Assembly: GCA_002633005.1 (NCBI GenBank)
Contig: NMRA01000063.1
Coordinates: 604,427 to 668,426, forward strand
Length of the DNA stretch: 64,000 nucleotides
DNA from: Phoronis australis
Lineage: Eukaryota > Animalia > Phoronida
Direction: 5' to 3'
Shown piece by piece: positions 50,901 to 64,000 of the stretch (positions are counted from its first letter, which is position 1; every line of letters starts with the position of its first letter). The position numbers and the translations under genes were made by a program. The notes under the pieces were generated by a model. The model ran no database searches, was not told the DNA's origin, and saw nothing but the letters and a program-made list of their open reading frames with translations.

Positions 50901-50965
50901 CGTGGTGGTGTAGTGGTAAAGCATGCGCGCTCTGTTCTCCAGGTTGTGAGTTCGAACATCTGGTA
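50901..50965 (+). pseudogene. tRNA-derived fragment
   Basis: TGGTGTAGTGGtaaa...gaGTTCGAAC A/B boxes; the cloverleaf is degenerate. Confidence 0.4.
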
Positions 50966-52112
50966 TCTTGCAGTTTTCCTGATTGACACGTTCTACGTTT
51001 TTGGGGTTTTTTTGCCTTTTTTCTTGGATAACACTTCAGGAATCAAGGAAAATGCTTGCTTTTTAGAGGAAAAAACAGAAAACCACCTCCCGACCTCCCC
51101 CCTTCGGTGCTATGCGCATCTACAATCGTGGTTTGCGCAAATGCTTACAGCCGGACAAAATTTTGGCCCCCCCCCTTGCGATATCCTAGATCCATCACTG
51201 CATAATGTTTCAAGATCCCTGATGAGTGTGTCATGTTTACTATTGAATGACACCTACAGAAGTTCATTCAGCTCAGAGACAGTTGACATTTGTCTAATTT
51301 TTTCAACTGATGGGCATGAAAAAGTGAAATTGCTGAAAAGTATGGGGTGGGCGGTAAAGGAAACGTGGAGGAGTACACTGCATGTTACTATATAGATAAA
51401 ACACCATCTAAGTTGATTTTGAAGTTTAATGGACATTTTGGACGAGATGTAAGTAACAGTTGCTCTGAAATTTTTGGTTTCTTGTCCTCAATTTGCCAAC
51501 TTCCAGTTCAAAATTTTAGAAGTGATTGGTTTAAATGAGACATAAATAAAATGGAAATGGTCAACCACTCACTTTGTGAAAACATTAAATAGACATCAAA
51601 TACCCATAAATTCATTACAGGGATATTGTCCTTAGCAACACTTGTAAGAGACTGTTGGGAAATATATTGACCTGAGCAACGCTCTCGCAAGAGACTGCTG
51701 GGAAATATATTACTGGTACCCTACACTTTTTAGGAGATGTGAAACAAAAATGTAAAGTCCAATAAGATATTTCCAAGTTAGCAAATCAATGTTCAACAAT
51801 GAGGACCTTGTGTAAAAGCATGCAGGTCTGTGACAGCAACATTCCTTTTTAAAGCAAAATTTTGAGTGCACATGCCAAGCTTTCAACAGACAGGCATATT
51901 AGCGCATTTACGCCTAGAGGAATCTGTATGTGAAGAAGAAGCCGCACCGATATATATTCGAAGTCAGATGCTCGTGGTTACTCATGTAAAACAAATTGAG
52001 CAAGTTTAACCAAGATTTTTTTATAAAAATAGCATGTGTGTGAAGCACGACTTATTTCTTACAAAATGTTAGATGATACTAACATTCAATTCAACAGAGA
52101 AAATTCAAACAG

Positions 52113-52347
52113 ATGGTGGAGCTCAACTGACTGTACAGTGGTCATGGTGGAGCTCAACTGAATGTACAGTGGTTATGGTGGAGTTCAACTGACTGTACAG
52201 TGGTTATGGTAGAGCTCAACTGAATGTACAGTGGTCATGGTGGAGTTCAACTGACTGTACAGTGGTTATGGTGGAGTTCAACTGACTGTACAGTGGTCAT
52301 GGTGGAGCTCAACTGACTGTACAGTGGTCATGGTGGAGTTCAACTGA
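52113..52347. repeat. 31-bp minisatellite, ~7.5 copies
   Basis: tggtggag(c/t)tcaactga(c/a)tgtacagtggt(c/t)a. Confidence 0.95.
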
Positions 52348-52622
52348 TATTTTTAGTGTCTCATGCCACTGGCAGTTGTTGAGTGTCACATGTAGGAGCC
52401 TAACCACAAATTTCAAAGGAAAAATAGTTGTACAGGCCCTTAAGTCAGCATATTGGTGGCGTTTTTGGTTGTATCCAAAGGGGTGCTTGAGTTCCTCTTA
52501 AATCCGCTTATGGTTATTAACAAACTTAAACCTATTTTAGATTTGCATGGCTTCTGAAAGCATGCTGAGTCACAATTTTAGTCAGTTTTTACTCAAAAAT
52601 AAAATTCCTCTACTGAAAATGA

Positions 52623-52768
52623 GGTGAAAGTGGAGTAAATGGGCCCCTCTTCAAAATGGCTACCAGCAACCAGTTTCACTAAATAACGGACATTACCATT
52701 ACTCATGAGTGAAAACTGGCTCCCCGTAGCCATTTTGAAGATGGACCCGTTTACTCCACTTTTACCGA
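52623..52768. repeat. Inverted repeat (~58-bp arms), probable mini-MITE
   Basis: aaagtggagtaaatgggcccctcttcaaaatggctac... pairs with ...gtagccattttgaagatggacccgtttactccacttt. Confidence 0.75.
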
Positions 52769-54929
52769 AAATGAACCTGAAGTCCACCTGACATGTCTGT
52801 TGAACCCCAAGTCCACCTGATATGCCTAATTATTTTTTAAGTTTCCAGAGTTAACGACTGAACTGACAAGTTAAGACAATGTCATTACAAACTTGCCAAT
52901 GAAGGCAACAATTTCAACTATTTTCTGCAACATTAAAATTTAAAATTTTACCTGTAATCCCTGAATCTACTGTAGGAACCACTTGAGTTACCTGCTTATA
53001 CCTCTAACAAGGCTTCTATATCTGATAAGGTCTTTTATCCCCATGCAATATTTATAAACACAGTTGGAGCCTTCTAAAATTTGGCACAATGATCCTGTAA
53101 ATGCAGTCACTCTAATGTCAATATAATCCCTATCCAGGACAAACACACCAAGACATTCAATAATTAATGTGAAATTTTCACAGCACTTAGAAACACCACA
53201 GACAAGTCTGCTAACATTGGGATGAAATATTCCCAATAAGGGCTTAGAATGTTACATTGTCTTTATAACTCAACTGATTTAATCAGCATTGATAATCCAA
53301 GTCTTTTCATATAAAAACAAACAACTATTTCTAAACAATAAAGCCAGGTTGATAACAACTAAAACATTCAATGTTTATAAGGTGAAATACAAAAGGCCAT
53401 GTAGCGCTGACATTGTTGCTTACTGACATATTTCAAGGAGCAATGTACACCTAAGTAACTCAGATGAACAAATTTGCAGTAAGTGAACTGAGTCATAACA
53501 GCAGATCTCTGTCAGGCTTAATTTTTCACGTCAACATTTCATTTTCACATCATTCACTTTACGAAATTTATTGACTCTGAATTTTCACATACCAAATTGC
53601 TTAACTCAGGACCTGGCCAGCTTACAATAAGGATTGAAAATTTGAATACCAAAATCAACCAATCTTCCATTAAAAACATAAACATTCCTTTGTATACTTG
53701 CCCAAACGAACAGAAAGTTTCATTTTAACAACATTGTACAAAAGCGTGGAACAAGTTGTAACCGCCCACATATAATGCTTTCTAGCGCTTTCCGGTTGGC
53801 TTAACTGGTATTATGACACATCGTATTTTTCATAATAAACATAATAAAAAAGAAGCTAACTTTTGTTTTAGACCACTTAAAAATTGTCTCGAACTTGTTC
53901 CTTACTCAGATAAGAAACGATTTTTGGGTTTACATCATTTCGAGTCAACTTGTAGACCACAATGTCCAGTCAACTTGTAGACACCATGTCAAGCCATTTA
54001 CTTGTAGAGTCAGGTCTCAAGCAAGGCAAATTCCAGAAATCACATTTATCTCTTTTGAAAAAAGAACAATTTCACCTTCATGATAACAGTAAATGGCCAA
54101 ATAATAGAAAATATTTTGGTGGAAGTTTGGTTTATAAGCACTTTATTCTATGAAACATATTTTTCTACTTACTGGTGGTCAGCATACAATCTTGGGCTGA
54201 AGACCTGTATTTAGTGATCTAACTCATACTAACCAGCTGACAGACTGATGGGATCAAAGCAATCACTGACAATGGGTCACATACTGAGCAATGATTAGTC
54301 TATTAGCAGTGTACATTATCATTTGCTTGAACAATGGGGCCTATTGTCTCTGGTTAGATAAGGCAATCAATAAAGAGCAGGTGGAAAAGATCAGGTTGGT
54401 CGCCACTGCACCATTTCTGTTGCCAAGTGAAATCAGCATCTTACCTTTAATTTCATTTGCCAAACATCATAAAAAATTAATTAATCTTACGTATAAGCAT
54501 CAAATAAGTTTCACCCACAGGGTTCTTGACTATAGACCTGACTAAAGGGTCTAGCAGTGTGCCCCAGTGGGACTCCAACCCATCACCTTGACTACAGGAA
54601 GCAGATACTTATCCCAATAACCTGCCCTATACATAAAAGAAAGCTGGGCTTCATTTACGTTCCCAGTGCCGAGGGTCTATTCTAAGAAACTGGACTCCAA
54701 ATTAATTTTCTACTATTGCGTGAACTCAAAATAAGTGTCTCAGATTGTGTGCATGGATACATTAAGGTTTAATAGTGATCACTGCTAATTACTTGTTTAG
54801 AGTCCCTCGGCAATAAATCTACAAGTTCCAAGTCTGAACTAAAAATTTCAAATTCAAACTTGAGCTGTATTGCTCGAATCTAAGGAAAAGTGCACAGTTG
54901 GGTAAATGCAGGCAAATCCTAATATACCC

Positions 54930-55385
54930 AAGCACATACTCATAAACACTGTCTACACTGTGAATTACCCTAGAACTAACATATACTCATAAACACACTG
55001 TGAATAACACTAGACATAATGGACACTCATAAACACATCTACACTATGAATTACCCTAGAACTAACAGATTCATAAACACATTTAGAAGTTGTGAATTAC
55101 CCTACAACTAACAGACACTCATAAACGCTGTCTATTGCGAATTATCCTACAACTAAGAGATACTCACAAACGCTGTCTACACTGTGAATTATACTGCAAC
55201 TAACAGATACTCAAAACGCTGTCTACAATGTGAATTATACTGCAACTAACAGATACTCATAAACGCTGTCTACAATGTGAATTATCCTACAACTAACAGA
55301 TACTCATAAACACATCTACAATGTGATTTACCCTAAAACAAGCAGATACTCATCAACGCAGTCTATACTGTGAATTACCCAACAA
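54930..55385. repeat. Degenerate ~47-bp minisatellite
   Basis: actcataaacgctgtctacaatgtgaattatcctacaactaacagat variants. Confidence 0.85.
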
Positions 55386-55540
55386 CTTGTTAATTCTGGA
55401 ACAAGTTGTCAGATTTTGTCAGTACATACTGCTTTCACTGTCAGGCAACTTAACACATCACGTGACAATTTACCCCACTGTGTTGAGAAGATAACTTGTT
55501 TTATGGAAACTTGCCTAAGGGTAACTAGCAGAGAGGATAT

Positions 55541-55841
55541 AAACCTGTAGACAAGGTGAAAATGACTACAATCTGCACACTTACTAAGTGGGTTACAGTA
55601 CAAACCTGTAGACAAGGTGAAAATGACTACAATCTGCACACTTACTAAGTGGGTTACAGTACAAACCTGTAGACCGTCAAGGTGAAAATGACTACAATCT
55701 GCACACTTACTAAGTGGGTTACAGTACAAACCTGTAGACAAGGTGAAAATGACTACAATCTGCACACTTACTAAGTAGGTTACAGTACAAACCTGTAGAC
55801 AATACAATCTGCACACTTACTAAGTGGGTTACAGTACAAAC
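55541..55841. repeat. 61-bp minisatellite, ~5 copies
   Basis: aaacctgtagacaaggtgaaaatgactacaatctgcacacttactaagtgggttacagtac. Confidence 0.95.
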
Positions 55842-56901
55842 GTGTGTCTAATTCTGCATCATATGTCTGTCGCAGGAGAGTGTTGGCTGGGGACCAGTTG
55901 GGTAACTTGTAGTGGTCATAGACAGCAAGTACTATACACTGATCTTGAGTTTTGGTAAGTTGTGGTGTGGACGAGTTTGTATCACGAATGTAGAACACAG
56001 AATACCAATAAAGATGAGTTTGTACAAGAGTCCAGATCGCTCTCATTTCCTTTTGCAATAAGTCGGAAGTAGATCAAGATAGCATATTTTGCTTATAAAG
56101 TTTCTGATTTGTATTTAACAACAAATGTTCACTAGAGAACAATAAGTCAGGCTTGGAATTCTAAGAATTTTAGGTAACCGATGCTTAATTAGTGACTACT
56201 TCAAGTTGTTGACTAACGCTTCACCTGTTTCACTTAAAAGATGTTAGACAAGACCACGCTTTTATGAAAAATAGAAAAAAATCATTTTGGCAACAATTAA
56301 TTACTTTTCAACAAAATAACTGAAGAGTTAGTGTGAGATTAAACTGATGACCTCAGAACTGTTTTCTGCAGTAAGTCTAACCTTTGGTAGCTACCCTTAT
56401 ATCTGTGCAACTAAGCACCAGGATCAAACAAACACCAAGATTAGCCCTCATCAGGATGTAACTTTGTGTCAAACAAAAACAAAGCAACTAATGCAAAACA
56501 ACCCTGTGCAACTGAAAAGGCTCACTTTTGTGGCAGGTGTTCCCTGGCTCCTTGACAAGAACAAGCCAATAGCAGATGCACACACCCATGGCTATGAGCA
56601 TTGGTGAAACCAAAGTTGACTGCCCACTGTAAAGTACCTGTCGGGCACACTAACACATGAAATTGAAATTTTTGTTGTGCTAGCAATGATGACAGCATGT
56701 ATATTTATTAGATGAGCTGCGATTCAAGCAATCGCTTTTCAGTCGAGTAGGCACCGTCTCAACTGGTCCAGTTGTAGAGACGGTGCCGGGTACTGTCTAG
56801 AGAACCCACGGGCTATGTAGAGTGGAGAGACGATCAGTCGACTTTGCAAGTCATGTTCATTCTTTCAACGAAGATATAATGGATTTTAAATATTTCCTTA
56901 C

Positions 56902-57000
56902 CTTTAAACGCAGTTCAACTGTTAGGTATACCCAGCCGTTCTTCATCGGAAGACCGTTTATATTAAACATTCATTCATTGTGACCTCTGCTAATATTACT
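56902..57000 (-). other. Candidate 5' exon of the minus-strand transcript (upstream boundary unknown)
   Basis: Strong donor AAG|gtaagg at 56902/56901 in a CpG-richer region. Contains an ATG at 56946 (MKNGWVYLTVELRLK). Confidence 0.35.
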
Positions 57001-58520
57001 AACATCGATTTTTTCGATACACAGGTCGAACTCATGCGAAGACAGCAACCAATCTTTCCACCAGGTGTCACCTCTGTTATATGGTGGGTGCGCGTTCCCG
57101 TCGTAGTGCCCGAACTTCACTGAGTGCGCTAAAACTTTTTAAAAATTTTGAAATGAGTGCGGCTTGGCTCACTATACACCAGCGACGAATTGAGAATGAG
57201 CCTCTGAGAAAGAGGAGTGAGGAGGGGGGCCTGGGGTGGGGGGTCAATAGGCCTCAATGTCAGTGCCGTTCCGGGATGGGTACCATTTTTCATCATTAGT
57301 AGTATAGATTTGGGTCCCTCATTTTTACCATTTTGGAGTTACCTTGGGGTGTTAAGTTAGTTTAAGCAGTTATAAAAATAAAAGAACAAAACGGCACTAT
57401 TTTTACTCGATAATTTCAAGGCTAGTGGTATTGATTCAAGACGGTATCGGATTGAATCGACTGACCACGTGATTTCAAAGTAACTGCATTCGACAAATCC
57501 AGCTACCTCATCTATAGTAACGACTTAAACATTTCTAGACTTTTTTAGCTACAGGTATGAACATGCATGGATCGATTATTTTTTCATGTCCAAGTTGGCA
57601 TGGCATAAACATCGCCCTGATTTGGAAGCCCATTGACTTCAACAAAGCTAATGTCTCGCTAGAGAAGTACGCGATTTTCTTAGATTTTCCGAGTCGCCGC
57701 GAGATAATTATTGAACTGGGCCCAGCTACACGGCCACACACGAACTAGGCGGTTACCATCGTCCGCCTTTACAGTTCACGACCTGTCTGTATCCTCGGAC
57801 GGTCGACGAAACAATGGCGGAACTAGAATGTAGCCAGTGGGTCCGGGGAAGGAAAATAGCGGCGGCCCTAAAACGGCGCATTATAAATGTTTCTTTCAGT
57901 CATCTGTCCCGCATCACTAACTCGCAATGATACCATCAAGCAATATGTTCATCCCCAATGAAATAGTGCCCGCGGCCGTTGACAAACCTAATCCGCAATT
58001 GACTAATTTTGATACAATTTCTTCCGGGAAATGATGATTCAAAACTTTTTACGAGGAATTCAGTTAAGCTAAACAGTTAAAAAGTCGCTAGTTTCACTGT
58101 GCGATGTTGAATTATATTCAGTCAGTGTTTTATTGTTATTAGACACCGTTCTTAATTCATAAGAAATTGTCATTTCGCATACGTCACAGGTTTAAAAATA
58201 TTTTTAATTCTAGAAACCAATAGTGTTACTCAAATGCGAAAAATAAGAGCGTGTAATAGTAACATATAAAAGGAAATGAACCAGAGCAGTTATATAAATG
58301 ACAAGTTAAGCCATTATGGAAATTTCATTGATTCAAAAGTTTTCTAGTAACCTTAAAAACAAAGGTTTTTAGTCTCACACTTGCTGTAGATCATTTAGGC
58401 ATTAATCCAAAATTATACATCTTCATAGTATTATAATTAATTGTACCTTTGTTGAAGTTACAATTAAATTCTTCAGTAAAAATTCAGAATGCAGTGATAT
58501 TTACGAAAAATGCGATAGAA

Positions 58521-58613
58521 TATTGCAAGTATTGCAAGTATTGCAAGTATTGCAAGTATTGCAAGTATTACAAGTATTGCAAATATTGCAAGTATTGCAA
58601 GAATTGCAAGTAT
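58521..58613. repeat. 9-bp tandem repeat x10
   Basis: tattgcaag. Confidence 0.95.
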
Positions 58614-60749
58614 CTTTCCCAAAGTTGCAGACTAGAAATGTACTGTGTGGATAGTTCATCACAGTGTAGGATTTCCATAAAAGTTTAAAAATAAACTATT
58701 TCTTCAGAAAGTAAAAGTTAGTTATCCTGACACATGTTATGTACGCTACCGTAAACAAGAGACATTTGAACACATTTTTACGATTGTTATGATACAAAAG
58801 AAAATGGACTCTGTAAAATAACAATATTCATAAAAAGAGACAATGTTATTTTGAACACTGTTGCATAGTTGTCACGGTTAACATTCAAGAACGATAAAAC
58901 GGAACAAATGGATTGAAAAGCGGGATTTCAGGATAAAAAGGAGAAAACCTGCGTCTAGGCCAAAGTGTTGGCTGCAACACACAAAGACCTACCGACAGTG
59001 TTATTTTAGTCACACGAGATATGTAACAGCCCAATATGCCCGAAAACGTTTCTTGTTGTTTTTTATGGTCGAATGGGAAATTGCGGATGCCGCAAAAACA
59101 GATGAAACATCCCGTTTTTTCTTTTGAGTTGACCGGGAAAATATGGCTGTGTCGCGTGGGAAATTACAACAATATATGATGATATGTCAATTTAGCCGTG
59201 TGTTAAAAAGCGGGACATCTAGATGGTGTGGTGGGATAGCAGAATTTTTTTTAAATTTTAAAAAGTGGGACAGTCCGCCAAGAACGGCAATTGACATTGT
59301 GCACTGTCAGCAACACGAAGTACTGGGTTGGGTTCTTTCACAAGATAAACTTTACATTATTTTTAAATTTTATTTCACGAGTGTAGGTAAATAATACAAA
59401 TAACAGTAGGCTTACTTCTCAGAAATCGAATTAATTAGGGCCTAAACTTTTCATTTAGACCAAATGCAACTTCTTTCCGTAAAGTACACGATTTCAACAC
59501 CCAAAAAAATGTCTTACATGAAAAACTCCTGGCATGTAGTATGATAGGTTGTCGAAAGTGGTTCCGAATACTATTGGAGCCCAACAGATACTCAGAGGCC
59601 AGGCTATTCCCGGCATACACCCAGCGCCACACGTTGGTGCTTTTAAAGAATATTCCCGGCATCCACCCAGCGCCACACGTCGGTGCTTTTAAAGAATGAT
59701 CAGTGTAATTGTCGGATTTGTTGAATAATTTTGACAAGAAATCGCCGGTTGCATGGAATCGTACCTCAGAAGTACCGCTTGATGAACAATAACAACAAAA
59801 TAAAAATGAAGCAATGAAATAGGGCTTGATTTGATAACCACAACTCTGAAGTCAAAACTCAGTCCAGCAGGAAGACGGAAATTCTCATCGCGGCTAGTCT
59901 CATGGTGGCCAAAGACGGTCTCTGCTCTGATAATAGAATACAATGGTCACGACGTGCAGGAGTTGGCATTCCAGGGCTAGAGTTCTATGAAGATACTGTA
60001 AAATGATTTAACACCCAAAGATATCTTGTTGAAAAACGTACTCTTGGCATGCAGTTTGATAGAATGCATGCGCGCGCATCCAGCCTAAAATATAGGGGGG
60101 GGGGCTCAAATGTTTCGATATGCGGACCTTTTATTGAAAGAAATCAACGAGGACTAACAAAAAACGGGACCACTAGGTTCAGGCCCACAAATTGTGCATC
60201 CGCGCCGACTTCCCGTGGATTTTGTGGACTTTTGTATCATTTACTATGACTTTTTGATTCACCGAGGCGTACTTTTTGCCCAATTCGCCAGGGGGCTCGT
60301 TCGAGCAGTCCAGTTACCCCAATGTATTGTGAAGGACCGATTTGAGGTTTGCGTACCCGTTGTTCCACCCCGCGGCGACGGAAAGCGCCGGTGGTGCAGG
60401 TGCAGCTACTGGGCCGCGCGCGATGACCAGCAAGTTTCGGCGGGATTCCCTCGCAAAACGAAATGTGTCCATTACATCGACACACTTTAAAATGGACGTT
60501 TGAACTTTATCCTATTTTGTGCCACTGTTGGATGCGGATGGCCATGAGCTGTCTTACAACATCTCTTGTGGCGCTTTTTTATTGGCCATTTTACCAGAGA
60601 TCATCATTTTTGTCTTACTTATCTGAATTCATTTTATTTACTTGTAATTGTATTAGTCATAATACATGACATTATATCGCCTACTCGGTCTGCTTTTCAT
60701 CTGTCAGTGGTAACGAGTCCTAATGACCTCGGCCCTGGAGTCTCTGATG

Positions 60750-61065
60750 ACGGAGAATTGTGTTATCGTCCGCATAGTTCACAAGGTTTGAGTCTTTAAT
60801 CGAGAAATAGAGATCATTTACAAAAACATTAAAATGTACCGGCCCTAGCACTGAGCCCTGGAGTACGCCTTTCACAAGACGGAGCCAGTTACTGAAAAAT
60901 CCAGACAGTTTCACCCTCAGGCTACGATCGGATAGGTCAGGACCATATCAAAGCACATCCCTCATCAGACATGCCATAGGCCGACAGCTTTGATATAATC
61001 AACTCGTGTGAGAGGCAATCAAATGCCTTACTGAGGTCCATCATTACTGCTCCAGCGTGGCGCTT
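60750..61065 (-). mobile_element. CR1/L2-clade LINE reverse transcriptase fragment
   Basis: 'MDLSKAFDCLSHELIISKLSAYG' and 'KGVLQGSVLGPVHFNVFVNDL...NYADD', broken by a stop/frameshift. Confidence 0.92.
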
Positions 61066-61487
61066 CACAAGTCGAGGGCCGACTTCCAGGCCTCTATGAG
61101 CCGGAGTAGTGCATACTGACAGATAAAAGATCAATGATATAATAGAAATGCTATAATATTGGTGCTGATTTCCTGTGTAACCAATTACAGTGTAGTTGAA
61201 CTGACGTTAATGACAACATGTTAACTACGTTTCAGTGAGAAAATCACAATATAGTACATGCATTATAACTTTCTCAATCTTTTTTAATGTCACTCTAAAC
61301 TGGAGATCATGAACTGAAGTTGACAGAAGCTGTGTAAACTGTTGTGCTGATTTTGCTTGATGTTTTACTGATAACATAGCTACAGAGATGTACAGATTGA
61401 CTTGTGGCACCCCTGTGGCTTGAATGTATGTTGTGTTTGACTCTTCTGTTTTTCTGTTTTGTATTCTTGGTCATAAGTTCACCGTCA

Positions 61488-61792
61488 ATCTCCGTCTCTA
61501 TCTCTCTCCCTCTCCCTCTCCCTCTCCCTCTCGCTCTCCCTCTCCCTCCCACCCTCCCTCCCTCCCTCCCTCCCTCCCTCCNNNNNNNNNNNNNNNNNNN
61601 NNNNNNNNNNNNNNNNNNNNNNNNNNNNNNNNNNNNNNNNNNNNNNNNNNNNNNNNNNNNNNNNNNNNNNNNNNNNNNNNNNNNNNNNNNNNNNNNNNNN
61701 NNNNNNNNNNNNNNNNNNNNNNNNNNNNNNNNNNNNNNNNNNNNNNNNNNNNNNNNNNNNNNNNNCCTCCCTCCCTCCTCCCCCTCCCTCTC
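61488..61792. repeat. CT-rich microsatellite (CCCT/CTCCCT)n with assembly gap
   Basis: Polypyrimidine runs on both sides of the N block. Confidence 0.95.
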
Positions 61793-61845
61793 CATGGGCA
61801 AGCTCCTGCCTATTTGTTTTTCCTTTTGCTGTCACAAATTTGCAG

Positions 61846-61923
61846 GAAGATTCGACACTCGCTTTCATCTGCTGCAACAATTTGTTTAGCCCTTGCTGAC
61901 ACGCTACATGGAACAACTCCTGG
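61846..61923 (+). other. Candidate 78-nt exon of a plus-strand gene
   Basis: Polypyrimidine tract plus tttgcag|GAA ... CTGG|gtgagt. One frame is open (KIRHSLSSAATICLALADTLHGTTP); alternatively an ATG start MEQLL lies just before the donor. Confidence 0.4.
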
Positions 61924-63262
61924 GTGAGTCTTATAGTTTAGAACCTTTTGTTCTCAGTGGTTTCGTCTAAAAGTAGATGTCTGTATTTCAAAACTCTGGT
62001 AGGGTGTACATTCACGTCGTGGGTAACATGTTCGTTGAAGCTCGCCCCACAATAACAGTGAACTTGTTTCCTGAAATGAAAATAAGTTCATTTGTGAAAA
62101 TGTCTAAAACTAAAATAGTATGCTTGATGTAGTTTTGATACGAAAGTAACACTGTAATGACGTAAAGGTGATTGATTCATTGCACCACACTTATTTTTGT
62201 AACCTTTTCACGTTTTATAAGTAAAAATTTAATTATCGTTCGACACACCACGATGCGTTCCCGATCGCATAAACAAACGCAAATTTGCGTTCTCAATTGC
62301 ATCTTTCAACAAAAAAGTATCGAAAATTCAGAGATCCCGACAAAACTACAAAAACAAGCGTTGTGTTATATTTTTATATGTCATTTCTTCATAACTTCAT
62401 GGTAAATTTATTGATTTAGTGCCAAAAATAACCGCAATTGGCCAAGATGACCTACAAATTACCTTCGGCTTACGCGATGCCTCGGTTAACGTAACCTTTC
62501 TCCAATAATTGGAACAGACACTAGCCTACGGTAATCTCTACCTGCCCTTCCTTAATGTGTCACGCCTTGAACTCATGTCTCTGTTTTCACATTGGAAGTA
62601 AAAACAACGAAAATTCATCAAATTTACCCACCTTGCCTGGCTTCGCTTCTCGCGCCAAATTTCGTTCTCGATCGCCTTCCGGGCGTTCTCGATCCCGGCC
62701 GGGGTGATTACGTGGAGAAAGGATAACTGGACAAAAACTTTTTCAAATTTTTACTAAGGTTGATCAGATTGAAACATTTTATATGAAAGGTTAGCGCGTG
62801 ATTTGTAGAGAGTCAAAGTGAAACTGGCGGATCTTTCACCGTCTGAATGGAGGGCTGAAATTCCCGCGATCAAACCTAAGCTACTGAATTATTTGAAACA
62901 AACTACCAAACAGAATTTTATTTAAAAATTAACATTTCTAGAGAGAAAAGTCCCAATCTTCTCAATTTAGATGTGGAGTCTTGCCGCTTAAAGTGTAAAC
63001 TGGACGTTTTGGTATTTTTACTGGTATTGAGGAGCGTGTATGTGATTTTTGTAGACCCATGCGTAAAGGACTCTGGTCTTACAAATGTTCTCTACATTGA
63101 TCTCAGAAATCCTTATTTGCTGAGGTCATGTTGGTTTGTCCCACCTTTGCTGAGCTAAGGATTCAGAATCAGTTTGCTTCTTGATAACAAACACCTCTGT
63201 GAGTAAATTGAACTTCAGTTTTAATGGCGAAATGAGCTGTTAGATACGTATCGTAGTGAGAA

Positions 63263-63505
63263 AGTTGGTCAGATTTTCTTGTTGTCATGGTATATGTGTT
63301 GGTCAGATTTTCTTGTTGTCATGGTATATGTGTTGGTCAGATTTTCTTGTTGTCATGGTATATGTGTTGGTCAGATTTTCTTGTTGTCATGGTATATGTG
63401 TTGGTCAGATTTTCTTGTTGTCATGGTATAAGTGTTGGTCAGATTTTCTTGTTGTCATGGTATATGTGTTGGTCAGATTTTCTTGTTGTCATGGTATATG
63501 TGTTG
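63263..63505. repeat. 34-bp minisatellite x7
   Basis: gttggtcagattttcttgttgtcatggtatatgt. Confidence 0.97.
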
Positions 63506-64000
63506 CCTATTTTGTACGTTTTTGGAGATTGTGATTAATATAAGCCCCAGTTGTGGCTGGTATATATATATGATCTCGTGGTCAGGCTGTAACTTACCTG
63601 GAATATTTACTGTTATCAGGAAGAGCCTTCCTGCTGTTATTGATAAAAGGAAAACTGAGTACATGAAATTAAATTTTGATCTTGTCATCCAAGTCTTTTT
63701 AGTTCAGTTTTGTACGAAGTTGTGTGGGTGGGTAGTGAATATTTTGATCGATGTTCAGTACCTCTTAAAATATTCTGTCAGACATTTTGCGACTTTGACT
63801 AGTTATGAGTGATGATATACTCAATGTTGTGAGCTATTCTACAGATTGGCAACTGACTTGTTAACTAATGGTGATTATAGTGGGAGGGTGGGGAATTTAC
63901 CCTTATGTCAATAATGGAATGTTCTAAATTATATGCGAAAGTGCATCAGAATGGATTACAATGTTGTGGTAGTGATGAACCGCCTTGCTTTCTTCTTCTT

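Noticed and set aside
57810-57930. aacaATGGCGG start-like/YY1-like motif with a short plus-strand ORF
   Set aside because: The ORF closes after about 38 codons with no convincing donor; it cannot be distinguished from repeat-internal sequence

Overview
AT-rich, repeat-dense animal (metazoan) genomic DNA, plausibly from a marine invertebrate (inference), with three N-gaps and one single-N join. There is no prokaryotic operon or CRISPR content. A candidate multi-exon transcript runs on the minus strand (exons near 56.9, 49.5, 44.8, 33.2, 30.7, 11.1 and possibly 0.8 kb). Its coding frame is ambiguous and I cannot name the product. One isolated plus-strand exon lies at 61.85 kb. Much of the rest is nested, mostly non-autonomous transposons: two decayed Academ-type elements with 3-bp TSDs, TA-flanked Tc1/mariner-like MITEs, hAT-, Kolobok-, Harbinger- and Transib-like elements, CR1/L2 LINE fragments, Helentron-type (HINE-like) elements and many minisatellites. 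The most notable observations are three. First, HINE-like elements whose ~150-bp internal repeats each carry a CTCF-consensus motif, with two copies in convergent orientation. Second, overlapping reading frames and in-frame TGA codons in the spliced transcript. Third, a multi-layer transposon nest that can be reconstructed from its TSDs. All calls were made by eye, without database searches.
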